Of a stretch of DNA of 64,000 bases, positions 45,031-54,913 are shown in pieces. A program made the translations under genes and the position numbers. The notes beneath the pieces were generated by a model, which was given only the letters and a program-made list of their open reading frames with translations, was not told the DNA's origin and searched no databases. Location of the stretch: NCBI GenBank assembly GCA_048500675.1, contig DBFSAO010000141.1, positions 3,782 to 67,781 of the forward strand, given 5' to 3'. Numbering within the stretch: position 1 is the first letter of the stretch; each line of letters starts with the position of its first letter. Origin of the DNA: Collinsella sp. Its GTDB lineage: Bacteria; Actinomycetota; Coriobacteriia; Coriobacteriales; Coriobacteriaceae.

Positions 45031-46248
45031 TCAACGGTCATCGTCCTTCAGCAAGCGCCACAGCGTTGTACGGCTTATGCCCAGCACCTCCGCCGCACGG
45101 GTTCGGTTGCCGTGGAGATGGTCTACAACCAGACGCGCGATATCTCGCTCGGTATCGGCCAGCGGTCGTAGGATATACAGGTCACTTTCGAGTGTCGGGG
45201 CGCCAAAGGTTGCGGTCTTAATCACGTCCTCTTGGGCGAGCACTTCCTCCGCTATAGCGCTGTACGCCGTGCCCGCCCCCACCAATATATACAGTCGTTC
45301 CGAGACCTCGCGAAGCTGCAGATAATTGCGCGGCCAGCGGTAAGCATCGAGCGTCTTCGTCGCCGCGGCAGACAGCGTGGGTGCTGCTGTCTCAAATGCA
45401 TCAGCGAGATATTCCAAATAGCGCGCAACCTTCGTCGACGCGGCTCCCTGCTCGGCGATTGCCGGCGCCACGCTCACCGCGCAGGCAAAGCGCTCGGTCA
45501 CAAACGCGGCTTGATCACTTTCGCCGCCGCCCGGCATGTCATTCGCTGTCAGCACCACATGGCAGCGCGTCGCCAACGCGGTGTCGGTCATCGTGGAGAC
45601 CAGCTCGCGGAGGCGCTGGGGGCCAACCGCGTTCCAGCCCTCAATGCAAAGGGTCAGCCCCGTTTGGAACAACGGCGATTCGGCGCTTTTGAGCACATAG
45701 CGCCAACCGCGCTCGGTGAGCTCATCGAGCGCAACGGAAACAAAGGGCTGACCGGCAAAAGGACCGTCCAGATAGAGGCGCTTGGCGATCTCGACCTGAC
45801 CCGCTCCCAGCTCGCCCTCGAGCATAAGGGGCACACCGCGCGCGTAACTCTCTGCAACCGGCGCAGCCACCGAGGCCGCCCCCTCAACGATGCCGTACGC
45901 GCTCGATTCGTAGCGGGCCTCAACCTCGTCGGCGTTGAGCCACTCGATGCCCGCGTGCGCCGCGGCGCCGCGCACCTCGCGGACCACGACGACCCAAAGG
46001 CCCCCGCCCTCTTTGTCGGTGGGGCGAACGGTCAGGTTCAGGCGCGCACCCGCACGTCCCATAACCAGACGCGCGCCGTCTCCTATACGGTCGAGGCGCT
46101 CAGCGACAAAAGCCGCCACATCCCGCTCGAGCGCCGCGTCATTCATGGTCGAGATCGCGACGTCCCCACGCGCATCGATTGCCAATGCCGAGGCCCCGGC
46201 AGCAGCCAGGGCCTCGGTCAAGATGTTCAGCTTGGCATCGCTATCCAT
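45031..46248 (-). CDS. bEBP-like transcriptional regulator with degenerate AAA+ core and C-terminal Fis-type HTH
   Basis: The C-terminus NRTRAAEVLGISRTTLWRLLK is an HTH_8 motif. YRWPRNYLQLREV resembles the Y-x-WPGNVREL motif. The Walker A position reads GELGAGQVE and Walker B reads LCIEGW. ATG at 46248 is preferred. Confidence 0.65.
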   Translation of the reverse strand: MDSDAKLNILTEALAAAGASALAIDARGDVAISTMNDAALERDVAAFVAERLDRIGDGARLVMGRAGARLNLTVRPTDKEGGGLWVVVVREVRGAAAHAGIEWLNADEVEARYESSAYGIVEGAASVAAPVAESYARGVPLMLEGELGAGQVEIAKRLYLDGPFAGQPFVSVALDELTERGWRYVLKSAESPLFQTGLTLCIEGWNAVGPQRLRELVSTMTDTALATRCHVVLTANDMPGGGESDQAAFVTERFACAVSVAPAIAEQGAASTKVARYLEYLADAFETAAPTLSAAATKTLDAYRWPRNYLQLREVSERLYILVGAGTAYSAIAEEVLAQEDVIKTATFGAPTLESDLYILRPLADTERDIARLVVDHLHGNRTRAAEVLGISRTTLWRLLKDDDR

Positions 46249-46514
46249 TATTTGCCCCTGTCCGCAGCGACGTGCAACCGCCGACGGTCGCACGACCGAG
46301 TGTTTCAAAATTGAACGATATTGCTCACCAAACACTATAGGGCAGAAAGCGCCGTCCTGCGAGTATAGGTGTTGCCCCGCATCGCCATCCTGGCGGGGCG
46401 ATAAGAGCTCTTCGGGACTTATAAACCTGCGGACAAGCCATACCCGCAAGAGCTCCTATCGCTCCACCGTGAGAATGCGCTCACCAGCACGCAGCACGAA
46501 AATAAGCTACTTCT

Positions 46515-47549
46515 CTACCAGATTCCCAGCACGTGCTGCATTCCCAAACTCATGCACGCGATGCCAATCCAGCAGCAAAAGCCCAGCGCGATGGGCTTGC
46601 CGCCCTTTTTGACCAGCTCGACGATATCGGTATTAAAACCAATAGCCGCCATGGCCATCACAATAAAGAACTTCGATAGCTCCTTGATGGGCGCCGTAAT
46701 GGGCGCGGGAAGCTGAAGCACCGTGGTGATTACGCTCGCCAGCACAAAGAACAGCACAAACATGGGAAACGCGCGTTTGAGGGAGAACGTGCTTTTGGCG
46801 TCGCCGCCGGCCTTGCGCGCCAGATGCATCTGCCAGCATGCGAGGACCAACGTGATGGGGATAATGGCCAGCGTTCTGGTGAGCTTGACCACCGTGGCGC
46901 TCTCGAGCGCATTGGCGCCGGGATGCATGCTGTCCCAGGCGCTCGCCGCAGCCGTTACGGACGAGGTGTCGTTGATGGCGGTACCGGCAAACAGGCCAAA
47001 GCCCTCGTTGGTCAGCCCGAGCATGCCGCCGAGCGTCGGAAACACGAGCGCCGCGATAACGTTAAACAGGAAGATGACCGAAATGGCCTGGGCAATCTCG
47101 CGATCGTCGGCATCGATGACGGGCGCGGTCGCAGCAATGGCCGAACCGCCGCAAATCGACGAACCCACACCTACAAGCGTCGCGATCTTGCCCGGCACGT
47201 TCATAACGCGGCAGAGCACAAAGGCGACGACAAGCGATGTCGAGATCGTTGCCACGATAATCGGTAGCGACTGGGCGCCCTTGGACAGAATCTGGGAGAG
47301 GTTCATGCCAAAGCCAAGCAGGATAACCGCGTACTGCAAGACTTTTTTGGACGTATAGGTAACGCCGGCGGTGAGCTGTTCGCGACGATTCTTGGGAAAG
47401 ACGAGCGCCAGGACCATGCCAAAAAGGATGGCAAATACCGGCCCGCCGACCACCTCAATCTGTTTGCCGAGCAACGTCGCGGGGATAGCGATGATCAGGC
47501 AGAACAAGACGCCTTTCCAGCGCTCGCGTACGATGTTTGCCAGTTGCAT
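46515..47549 (-). CDS. YeiH/UPF0324 family membrane protein (putative sulfate exporter family)
   Basis: A polytopic protein of about 344 aa with the family-like motif GSSICGGSAIAATAP. Confidence 0.75.
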   Translation of the reverse strand: MQLANIVRERWKGVLFCLIIAIPATLLGKQIEVVGGPVFAILFGMVLALVFPKNRREQLTAGVTYTSKKVLQYAVILLGFGMNLSQILSKGAQSLPIIVATISTSLVVAFVLCRVMNVPGKIATLVGVGSSICGGSAIAATAPVIDADDREIAQAISVIFLFNVIAALVFPTLGGMLGLTNEGFGLFAGTAINDTSSVTAAASAWDSMHPGANALESATVVKLTRTLAIIPITLVLACWQMHLARKAGGDAKSTFSLKRAFPMFVLFFVLASVITTVLQLPAPITAPIKELSKFFIVMAMAAIGFNTDIVELVKKGGKPIALGFCCWIGIACMSLGMQHVLGIW

Positions 47550-47712
47550 ATGGGATTCCTTCTTTCTATTTCACGTTTGCGACGGCATATGATACGGCAA
47601 CATTGAGCGCAGCCTTGCGCAAACACAGACTAAGATGCCGCAATAGTTCTCAGGCAACAGCCGAATTACCCACCGCGGAGAGCTGATTCGCGGCATAATT
47701 AACAACTGACAT

Positions 47713-48444
47713 ATGAGTTTGATAGAACAGTTGCGAGGCGCTATGGAAGAATCGATGCACGTCGGCGAGCAGGAAACGAGCCTACAGGACCAGTCCTATC
47801 ACACCATTCGACGCAAAATCGTCTACCTGGACTACAAGCCGGGCGAAAAGCTGGGCGTCAAGCAGCTTTGCGACGACCTAGATATGGGTCGCACGCCCGT
47901 GCGCGAGGCTTTGGTTCGCTTGGCGCAGGAAGGCCTGGTGCGCACCGTGCCCCAGAGCGGCACCTACGTCTCACCCATCAACCTCACCCTTGCCGAGAGT
48001 GCCTGTTACATCCGCGAGCATCTGGAAAAGCAGGTGATTGTGGAGTGCTGTGCGCGCGCCACGTCGGCCGGCATCGAGCAGCTCGACCGCGCCATCGTGC
48101 TGCAGGAAAAGGCCATGGCCGAGGAGGATCGCATCGGCTTCTTTTTGAGCGACAACCTCATGCATCACATGATTTTTAGCATCGCATGTCGCAGCACCGT
48201 GTGGTCGTGGCTCGAAGAGACCAATGCCGACCTTGAGCGCTTCCGCTGGCTGCGCGCCGCCACGCAGGTTCTCGACAATCAGGACATCGTGAACGAGCAC
48301 AAGCAGATTCGCCGCGCTATCGCCGGTCGCGACCCCATCGAAGCGAGCTTTTTGGTCAGCAAGCACCTGCACATGATGTTCCGCAACCAAACCGAGGTTC
48401 TGGACCAGTTCCCCGAGTACTTCGAGACCAGCAAGCTCCGCTAA
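47713..48444 (+). CDS. GntR family transcriptional regulator (FadR/FCD-type C-terminal domain)
   Basis: N-terminal wHTH YHTIRRKIVYLDYKPGEKLGVKQLCDDLDMGRTPVREALVRLAQEGLV plus a helical C-domain. Confidence 0.8.
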   Translation: MSLIEQLRGAMEESMHVGEQETSLQDQSYHTIRRKIVYLDYKPGEKLGVKQLCDDLDMGRTPVREALVRLAQEGLVRTVPQSGTYVSPINLTLAESACYIREHLEKQVIVECCARATSAGIEQLDRAIVLQEKAMAEEDRIGFFLSDNLMHHMIFSIACRSTVWSWLEETNADLERFRWLRAATQVLDNQDIVNEHKQIRRAIAGRDPIEASFLVSKHLHMMFRNQTEVLDQFPEYFETSKLR

Positions 48445-48495
48445 CCTGCCAAAAAGGGACAGGTTCATTTTGGCAGATTTTATCCGGGCAAACGC
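48445..48495 (+). repeat. Repeat family R copy 1 (terminator-like CCTGCCAAAA-N13-TTTTGGCAG plus TTTTAT)
   Basis: Starts 1 nt after the gntR stop. The same ~48-mer recurs at 50620-50667 (inverted), 53825-53872 and 54320-54370. Confidence 0.8.
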
Positions 48496-48558
48496 AGAAA
48501 AGGCCCGGCTCCGTCTTGATGCGGAGCCGGGCCTTAGTCGCTAGAACGGCGGAACCAA

Positions 48559-50406
<1,848 letters not shown>

Positions 50407-50506
50407 AGGATAAATCCCTTCGTTCGCGTGACTGCAAGACGTCCACGCACAGGGGGCGCTGAGACGTATAACGTTCGAGTATTGTACTCACGCAAGCGCA
50501 AGCTGA

Positions 50507-50540
50507 TATACCAGAAGTGGTATCTCAACTTAGATACCAC
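50507..50540. promoter_or_regulatory. Candidate operator: three TGGTAT/ATACCA half-sites including the palindrome GTGGTATCT-N6-AGATACCAC
   Basis: ATACCA (50507-12), TGGTAT (50518-23) and ATACCA (50533-38), lying 100-135 nt upstream of the glmS start. Confidence 0.3.
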
Positions 50541-50569
50541 CCGATGCACACATGCCCAGCCGGTCCAAA

Positions 50570-50602
50570 CCACCGCAAAGGTGCCTGTCCCCTTCGTGGT
50601 GG
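50570..50602. repeat. Repeat family T copy 2 (inverted relative to 466-498)
   Basis: CCACCGCAAAGGTGCCTGTCCCCTTCGTGGTGG. Its reverse complement matches 466-498 at all but about 3 positions. Confidence 0.75.
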
Positions 50603-50619
50603 TCGCGCTGGCAACGGCG

Positions 50620-50667
50620 TTTCCCCAGATAAAACCTGCCAAAATAAACCTGTCCCTTTTTGGAAGG
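50620..50667 (-). repeat. Repeat family R copy 2 (inverted)
   Basis: TTTCCCCAGATAAAACCTGCCAAAATAAACCTGTCCCTTTTTGGAAGG, in the divergent glmS / lacI-family promoter region. Confidence 0.8.
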
Positions 50668-50718
50668 TTTGGGATGCTACAATCTGGCTTGTACTTGAAA
50701 CGCATCAAAGGGGCCGCT

Positions 50719-51831
50719 ATGGCAAAGGTAAAAATCAGCGACGTCGCGCGCGAGGCCGGGGTTTCGCTGGGCACGGTTTCCAACGCGCTCAACCACCCCG
50801 AAAAGCTGCGCCCCGAGACCCTCAAGCTCATCAACGAGACCATCAATCGCCTTGGCTACCTGCCCAACCAAAGCGCTCGTCAGCTCGCGGGCGGCGCCAC
50901 CAAGTCCTTTGGCCTGGTGCTCCCCCGTCTCGATCACGGCTTTTCGCTCCAAATCGCCAGCGGCGCCCACAACGAGGCTCGCAAGCACGGCTATGACTTG
51001 CTCATCGCCAACGCCGATAACGACGATATTCTCCAGGACCATTACCTGCGCTACTTTATGGGCACCCAGATGTCCGGCGTCATGGTTCAGCCCATGGCAT
51101 CCCCCGACTGGCACCCCGCCATGGCCAAGATGCCCGTGCCGATCGTCCATCTGGACATCCATTGCTCCGAGCCCGGCTACTACGTAGCGGCCGACAACGA
51201 GGCCCAGGGTCGCATCATTGCCGAACTTGCCATCGCCCGCGGTGCACGCCATATCACCGTTGTGGGTAGAGCAGCATTTATGCAACTCACCCTGCGCGTC
51301 CTTGGCATTCATAAGGCACTCGCCCTACACCCCGATATCAAGATCGAAGTCATCGACGCCGGCGAATGGAATACCGCCGCCGACGGCTACGGCATCGGCG
51401 CCCAAATCGCCGAGCGCCCCGCGGACGAACGTCCCGATTTTGTCGTCGGCCTGACCGACGTGTTGGCCTCGGGCGTTATCTCGGCGCTGGTCGACAAGGG
51501 CATCTCTGTCCCCGGGCAAGTACGCGTAGCAGGCTGCGATGGCAACCCGCTCGCTTGGAGTGGATCGGTCCCGCTCACTACGGTAGCGCCCCCGGGCTAC
51601 GAGATTGGCCGCAAGGGCGTTCAATTGCTCATGGAGCAAATCGAGAACAAGGTCCCGACAAAGACCAAGCATATCCACGTCAGCTCTGCCGCGCGCACCG
51701 TCACCGCGGTCACGGCCATCGAGGACATCAACCGCCAAGAACTCGTGCGGCCGTTCCTGCTGGAACGCGCCAGCACCCAGGCAAGCAGCCAGACCGACGC
51801 CACGGCCATCAACCTCGGTGCGTATCTATAG
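50719..51831 (+). CDS. LacI family transcriptional regulator
   Basis: From ATG 50719: MAKVKISDVAREAGVSLGTVSNALNHPEKL (LacI HTH) plus a periplasmic-binding-fold domain. The upstream part of the track ORF (49474-) is antisense to glmS and rejected. Confidence 0.85.
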   Translation: MAKVKISDVAREAGVSLGTVSNALNHPEKLRPETLKLINETINRLGYLPNQSARQLAGGATKSFGLVLPRLDHGFSLQIASGAHNEARKHGYDLLIANADNDDILQDHYLRYFMGTQMSGVMVQPMASPDWHPAMAKMPVPIVHLDIHCSEPGYYVAADNEAQGRIIAELAIARGARHITVVGRAAFMQLTLRVLGIHKALALHPDIKIEVIDAGEWNTAADGYGIGAQIAERPADERPDFVVGLTDVLASGVISALVDKGISVPGQVRVAGCDGNPLAWSGSVPLTTVAPPGYEIGRKGVQLLMEQIENKVPTKTKHIHVSSAARTVTAVTAIEDINRQELVRPFLLERASTQASSQTDATAINLGAYL

Positions 51832-51857
51832 CACGCCCGCGAGTATGCCAAGTCGCC

Positions 51858-51905
51858 GCTTAAGCAAAAGGGGCCCGACCATTGCCGGACCCCTTTTGCT
51901 TAAGC
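51858..51905. terminator. Bidirectional terminator GCTTAAGCAAAAGGGG-N16-CCCCTTTTGCTTAAGC
   Basis: 16-bp stem between the convergent lacI-family and HAD genes. Confidence 0.7.
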
Positions 51906-51944
51906 GCAAACGTGAGCAATCGCTCGTTTCAACGCCGCAATTTT

Positions 51945-52595
51945 CTAGCGCACGGCCTTGATTGCCGCCGCCAGGTCGAACAACGTATCGAGCACGGCCT
52001 CGCAGCCATCCACCACGTCCTGCGGCAGCGGCACGATATCGGGGACGGCGAAGACATGGCATCCGGCCGTGATGCCCGAGACGCAGCCGTTGCGCGAATC
52101 CTCGACCACGGCACATTCCTCGGGAGCAAAGCCCGCGCGCTCGCAGGCGAGCAGATACATCTCGGGGTCGGGCTTGCCGTGCACGACGTCCTCGCCACAC
52201 GTTACCGTTTCAAACTTGTCAAAAAGACCGACCATCTTAAGGTTGCGCTCGGCCGTAACGAGGCGCGACGACGTCGCTAGGCCCACGTGATAGCCCGCAG
52301 CCAGCAGCTCGTCTAGGCACTCGGCGGCGCCGGCCTTAAGTTCCAGTTCGGTCTTGACCATCTCGTCGCGAATCTCCTTGTGGTGACGATAGATCGCCTC
52401 GGTGGTTTCATGGCTGCCGTAATGCTTATCGAGGATGTCCATAACATCGGGCAGCGTGCGACCGATAAACTGATGGATCAGCGCTTCATCAATCGCGAGC
52501 CCCAGCTCAGCGGCGCCTGCCTTCCAGGCCTTAATCCCCAAACGCTCGGTATCGACCAGCGTTCCATCCATGTCAAAAATAACAGCCTTGATCAT
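51945..52595 (-). CDS. HAD-IA family hydrolase (beta-phosphoglucomutase-like)
   Basis: From ATG 52595: MIKAVIFDMDGTLVDTE (DxDGT motif I), later GLATSS and VVEDSRNG motifs. Confidence 0.8.
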   Translation of the reverse strand: MIKAVIFDMDGTLVDTERLGIKAWKAGAAELGLAIDEALIHQFIGRTLPDVMDILDKHYGSHETTEAIYRHHKEIRDEMVKTELELKAGAAECLDELLAAGYHVGLATSSRLVTAERNLKMVGLFDKFETVTCGEDVVHGKPDPEMYLLACERAGFAPEECAVVEDSRNGCVSGITAGCHVFAVPDIVPLPQDVVDGCEAVLDTLFDLAAAIKAVR

Positions 52596-52768
52596 ATCGG
52601 TCCCCCATCGACTCTCGCTGTCGCGTTGCTGCAACTCTACCGCATTTGGCAACTTGTATATAACGTATATGCCATATTGCACTTTCGTTACACAGATAGA
52701 AGTCTTATGGCAAGTAACGCATTAGGATTATAGTTTTCGATCGAGTACTCAACGATAAGGAACGTTTC

Positions 52769-53647
52769 ATGATTTTAGACACCACGGCACCCGCAGAGGA
52801 GCTTCAAGACAAGCTATCGGCGCTCGAACAGCTGCTTTTGGCATACGGGCGCGTGGCTATCGGGTTTTCCGGCGGCGTTGACAGCAGCTTTTTGGCCGCC
52901 GTATGCGCCCGCATCATGCCTACCAATACCCTCCTCGTCCATCTCACCACGCCGCTCATCGGCACGCCCGAGCAGGCCTCGTTTGAGCGGTCCGTTGATG
53001 GACAAGCCAATGAAGGGGCACATTTTAAGCTCCCCGTGCTCAATCTTTCGGTCGATCAGCTGCAGCTCCCCCAAGTAGCCTGCAACGATGCTAATCGCTG
53101 CTACCACTGCAAGCACGCCGGCTTTACCGCCATCGTCAACCACGCCAAGTCGCTCGGCTTTCCCACCGTCATCGATGGCAGTAATGCAAGCGATCGCGGT
53201 GACTACCGCCCCGGCATGCGTGCGGCAGAAGAGCTCGGCGTACGCTCACCCCTTATGGAGGTCGGCTTTACCAAGGACGAAGAGCGCGAGCTGCTGCGTG
53301 CATGGGGCTATCCCGTTTGGAACCTGCCGGCGGGAGCATGTCTTGCCACGCGCGTCCCCACGGGCGAGGAGCTTACGTTCGAGAAGGTCGATTTAATCCG
53401 CGCCTGCGAGGATTACCTGCACAATCTTGATCTGGCACAGGTACGCGCGCGCTTGATCGGCGGCTGCATGCATATCGAGGCCGCACCCGCAGATGTCGCC
53501 AAGATTGCTGCCCTCGGTGGCAACGCTGTCGATGCCGAGGGCAAAACCCCGCTGCCCGCCGCCATCGAGTCCGCGCTGCGCGAGCTGGGCTGCGACCATA
53601 TCTCCCCCGAGGTCACCCCCTACATTCACGGCAACATGAACCTTTAG
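52769..53647 (+). CDS. PP-loop ATP pyrophosphatase of the LarE / TIGR00268 type
   Basis: PP-loop GFSGGVDSS, CYHCK (CxxC) and GACLATR motifs, and RPGMRAAEELGVRSPL. Confidence 0.65.
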   Translation: MILDTTAPAEELQDKLSALEQLLLAYGRVAIGFSGGVDSSFLAAVCARIMPTNTLLVHLTTPLIGTPEQASFERSVDGQANEGAHFKLPVLNLSVDQLQLPQVACNDANRCYHCKHAGFTAIVNHAKSLGFPTVIDGSNASDRGDYRPGMRAAEELGVRSPLMEVGFTKDEERELLRAWGYPVWNLPAGACLATRVPTGEELTFEKVDLIRACEDYLHNLDLAQVRARLIGGCMHIEAAPADVAKIAALGGNAVDAEGKTPLPAAIESALRELGCDHISPEVTPYIHGNMNL

Positions 53648-53674
53648 GTTACGCCGTTTTACAAACGGCGTAAC
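53648..53674 (+). terminator. Hairpin GTTACGCCGTT-TTACA-AACGGCGTAAC
   Basis: 11-bp stem starting 1 nt after the larE-like stop, with no T-run. It is followed directly by Q2. Confidence 0.5.
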
Positions 53675-53677
53675 TGC

Positions 53678-53795
53678 TCGGCGCTGCGCGGGCCCCGGGC
53701 ACGGCAATCTGACGTTCAACTTCACGGGCGCGACCAAAAGGTCAGCGCCCGCTTGTTTCACGTCACCTTACCGCACCCGGAGCCCGCTCGCTCGC
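53678..53795 (+). repeat. Intergenic element family Q copy 2
   Basis: GCGCTGCGCGGGCC...GCAATCTGACGTTCAACTTCACGGGCGCGACCAAAAGGTCAGCGCCC...TTTCACGTCACCTTACCGC...GCCCGCTCGCTCGC. Confidence 0.75.
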
Positions 53796-53824
53796 ATATG
53801 CTCAACCTGCACTGCGTTAACTGA

Positions 53825-53872
53825 CCTGCCAATAAGGGACAGGTTTATTTTGGCAGGTTTTATCTGGGGAAA
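53825..53872 (+). repeat. Repeat family R copy 3
   Basis: CCTGCCAATAAGGGACAGGTTTATTTTGGCAGGTTTTATCTGGGGAAAT, nearly identical to copy 4 at 54320-54370 and in direct orientation to it. Confidence 0.85.
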
Positions 53873-53943
53873 TATCGCGAGGCAGTCGCCCCCCTAGCAC
53901 CCATCTCACTTCGAGAGACACAAGAGGGGCGACTCGCCTGCAT

Positions 53944-54075
53944 CTACTTCTTCCGATAGCGGCGGTTGCGGCTCGTCGACGAACCCATTACTTCGATGAG
54001 TCCTTTATCCTCCATTTTTGGCAGATGGTAGCGGACGGACGAATTTTGGCATTCCGTCTCTCTAAAACAATAGAT
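53944..54075 (-). pseudogene. Fragment (about 43 codons) of a winged-helix DNA-binding protein C-terminus
   Basis: Manual reverse translation gives ...ETECQNSSVRYHLPKMEDKGLIEVMGSSTSRNRRYRKK*, which resembles the recognition helix plus wing of wHTH regulators. The frame is closed by a stop at 54076-78 and no plausible N-terminal part exists. Confidence 0.4.
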
Positions 54076-54228
54076 TTATCTCTCTAACGTTTCGTATATC
54101 TCTCTAACTTTAGAGAGATAAGCGCCTTGTTTTAGAGAGACATTTAGAGAGATGTATCGAATTAACTGTTAGATTGCCCAATGTTATCTCTTTAACTAGC
54201 TTTCTCTTTAGAGAGACATTTAGAGAGA
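54057..54228. repeat. Cluster of 9 copies of the 9-mer TCTCTCTAA / TTAGAGAGA in a low-GC island (iteron- or operator-like)
   Basis: Forward copies lie at 54057, 54079, 54099 and 54187 (the last with 1 mismatch). Reverse copies lie at 54110, 54132, 54144, 54208 and 54220. Spacings are 22, 20, 11, 22, 12 and 12 bp. The cluster includes the perfect palindrome ATCTCTCTAACTTTAGAGAGAT and the 15-bp inverted repeat GTCTCTCTAAAACAA / TTGTTTTAGAGAGAC. Confidence 0.85.
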
Positions 54229-54319
54229 CGAGCGCAATCTCACTAATCAAGGGCTCCACTCTTTAAGGTGCACACTTCCTAACCGTGCCCTAAGTTGCGG
54301 TGAAATAACTCACGATTAG

Positions 54320-54370
54320 CCTGCCAAAAAGCGACAGGTTTATTTTGGCAGGTTTTATCTGGGGAAACGC
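54320..54370 (+). repeat. Repeat family R copy 4
   Basis: CCTGCCAAAAAGCGACAGGTTTATTTTGGCAGGTTTTATCTGGGGAAACGC. Confidence 0.85.
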
Positions 54371-54449
54371 AAATAGGGCCGTGACACCCATACGGCGTCG
54401 CGGCCCTTTTCCTTGGAGAAGGATCAATTGATTGAACGGGATGACCGTT

Positions 54450-54902
54450 CTAGTCTTCGAGTCCGCTATTGATGAGCTCCGCAATCTCAACGGGATCGGT
54501 GCTCGCGCGCACCTTGTCACGGAAGCCGGCGTCCATCAGCATCACGGCAGCCTTGGAGAGCAGACGCAGGTGCGTAGTTCCGGCCTCGCCGGCGGGCACG
54601 TACAGCGCGAGCGCAACATCGACGGGCACCCCATCGAAGCTCGGCCATTCAACGGGCTCGGTCAGTTTAAGCACGGCAACGCCCGGCGTGTGGATCGCGT
54701 CGCTTTTGGCATGCGGAACGGCAAAACCGGCGACAAGGCCGGTCTCGGCCTCGTTCTCGCGAGCAATGAAGGCGGCCTCTACGGCAGATGCGTCATCGGC
54801 AAAGCCGAGCTCGATGGCCTGCTCGGACAAATAATGTAGGGCGTCCTCGCGCGAGGCGGCGGTATACCCGATTGTCACTTGGTTGGCAGATACAAATCCC
54901 AT
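54450..54902 (-). CDS. PTS EIIA component, fructose/mannitol (type 2) family
   Basis: About 150 aa with GFAVPHAKS (phosphorylatable His context) and the PtsN/FruA-IIA layout. Confidence 0.8.
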   Translation of the reverse strand: MGFVSANQVTIGYTAASREDALHYLSEQAIELGFADDASAVEAAFIARENEAETGLVAGFAVPHAKSDAIHTPGVAVLKLTEPVEWPSFDGVPVDVALALYVPAGEAGTTHLRLLSKAAVMLMDAGFRDKVRASTDPVEIAELINSGLED

Positions 54903-54913
54903 GGAAACCTTCC

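Noticed and set aside
50407-50620. glmS ribozyme in the glmS 5-prime leader
   Set aside because: Only an isolated AGCGCC lies about 55 nt upstream of the ATG. The conserved core and P1-P4 architecture (about 170 nt) cannot be fitted. The rest of the leader is occupied by repeat-family hairpins. A cmsearch is still needed to be definitive.
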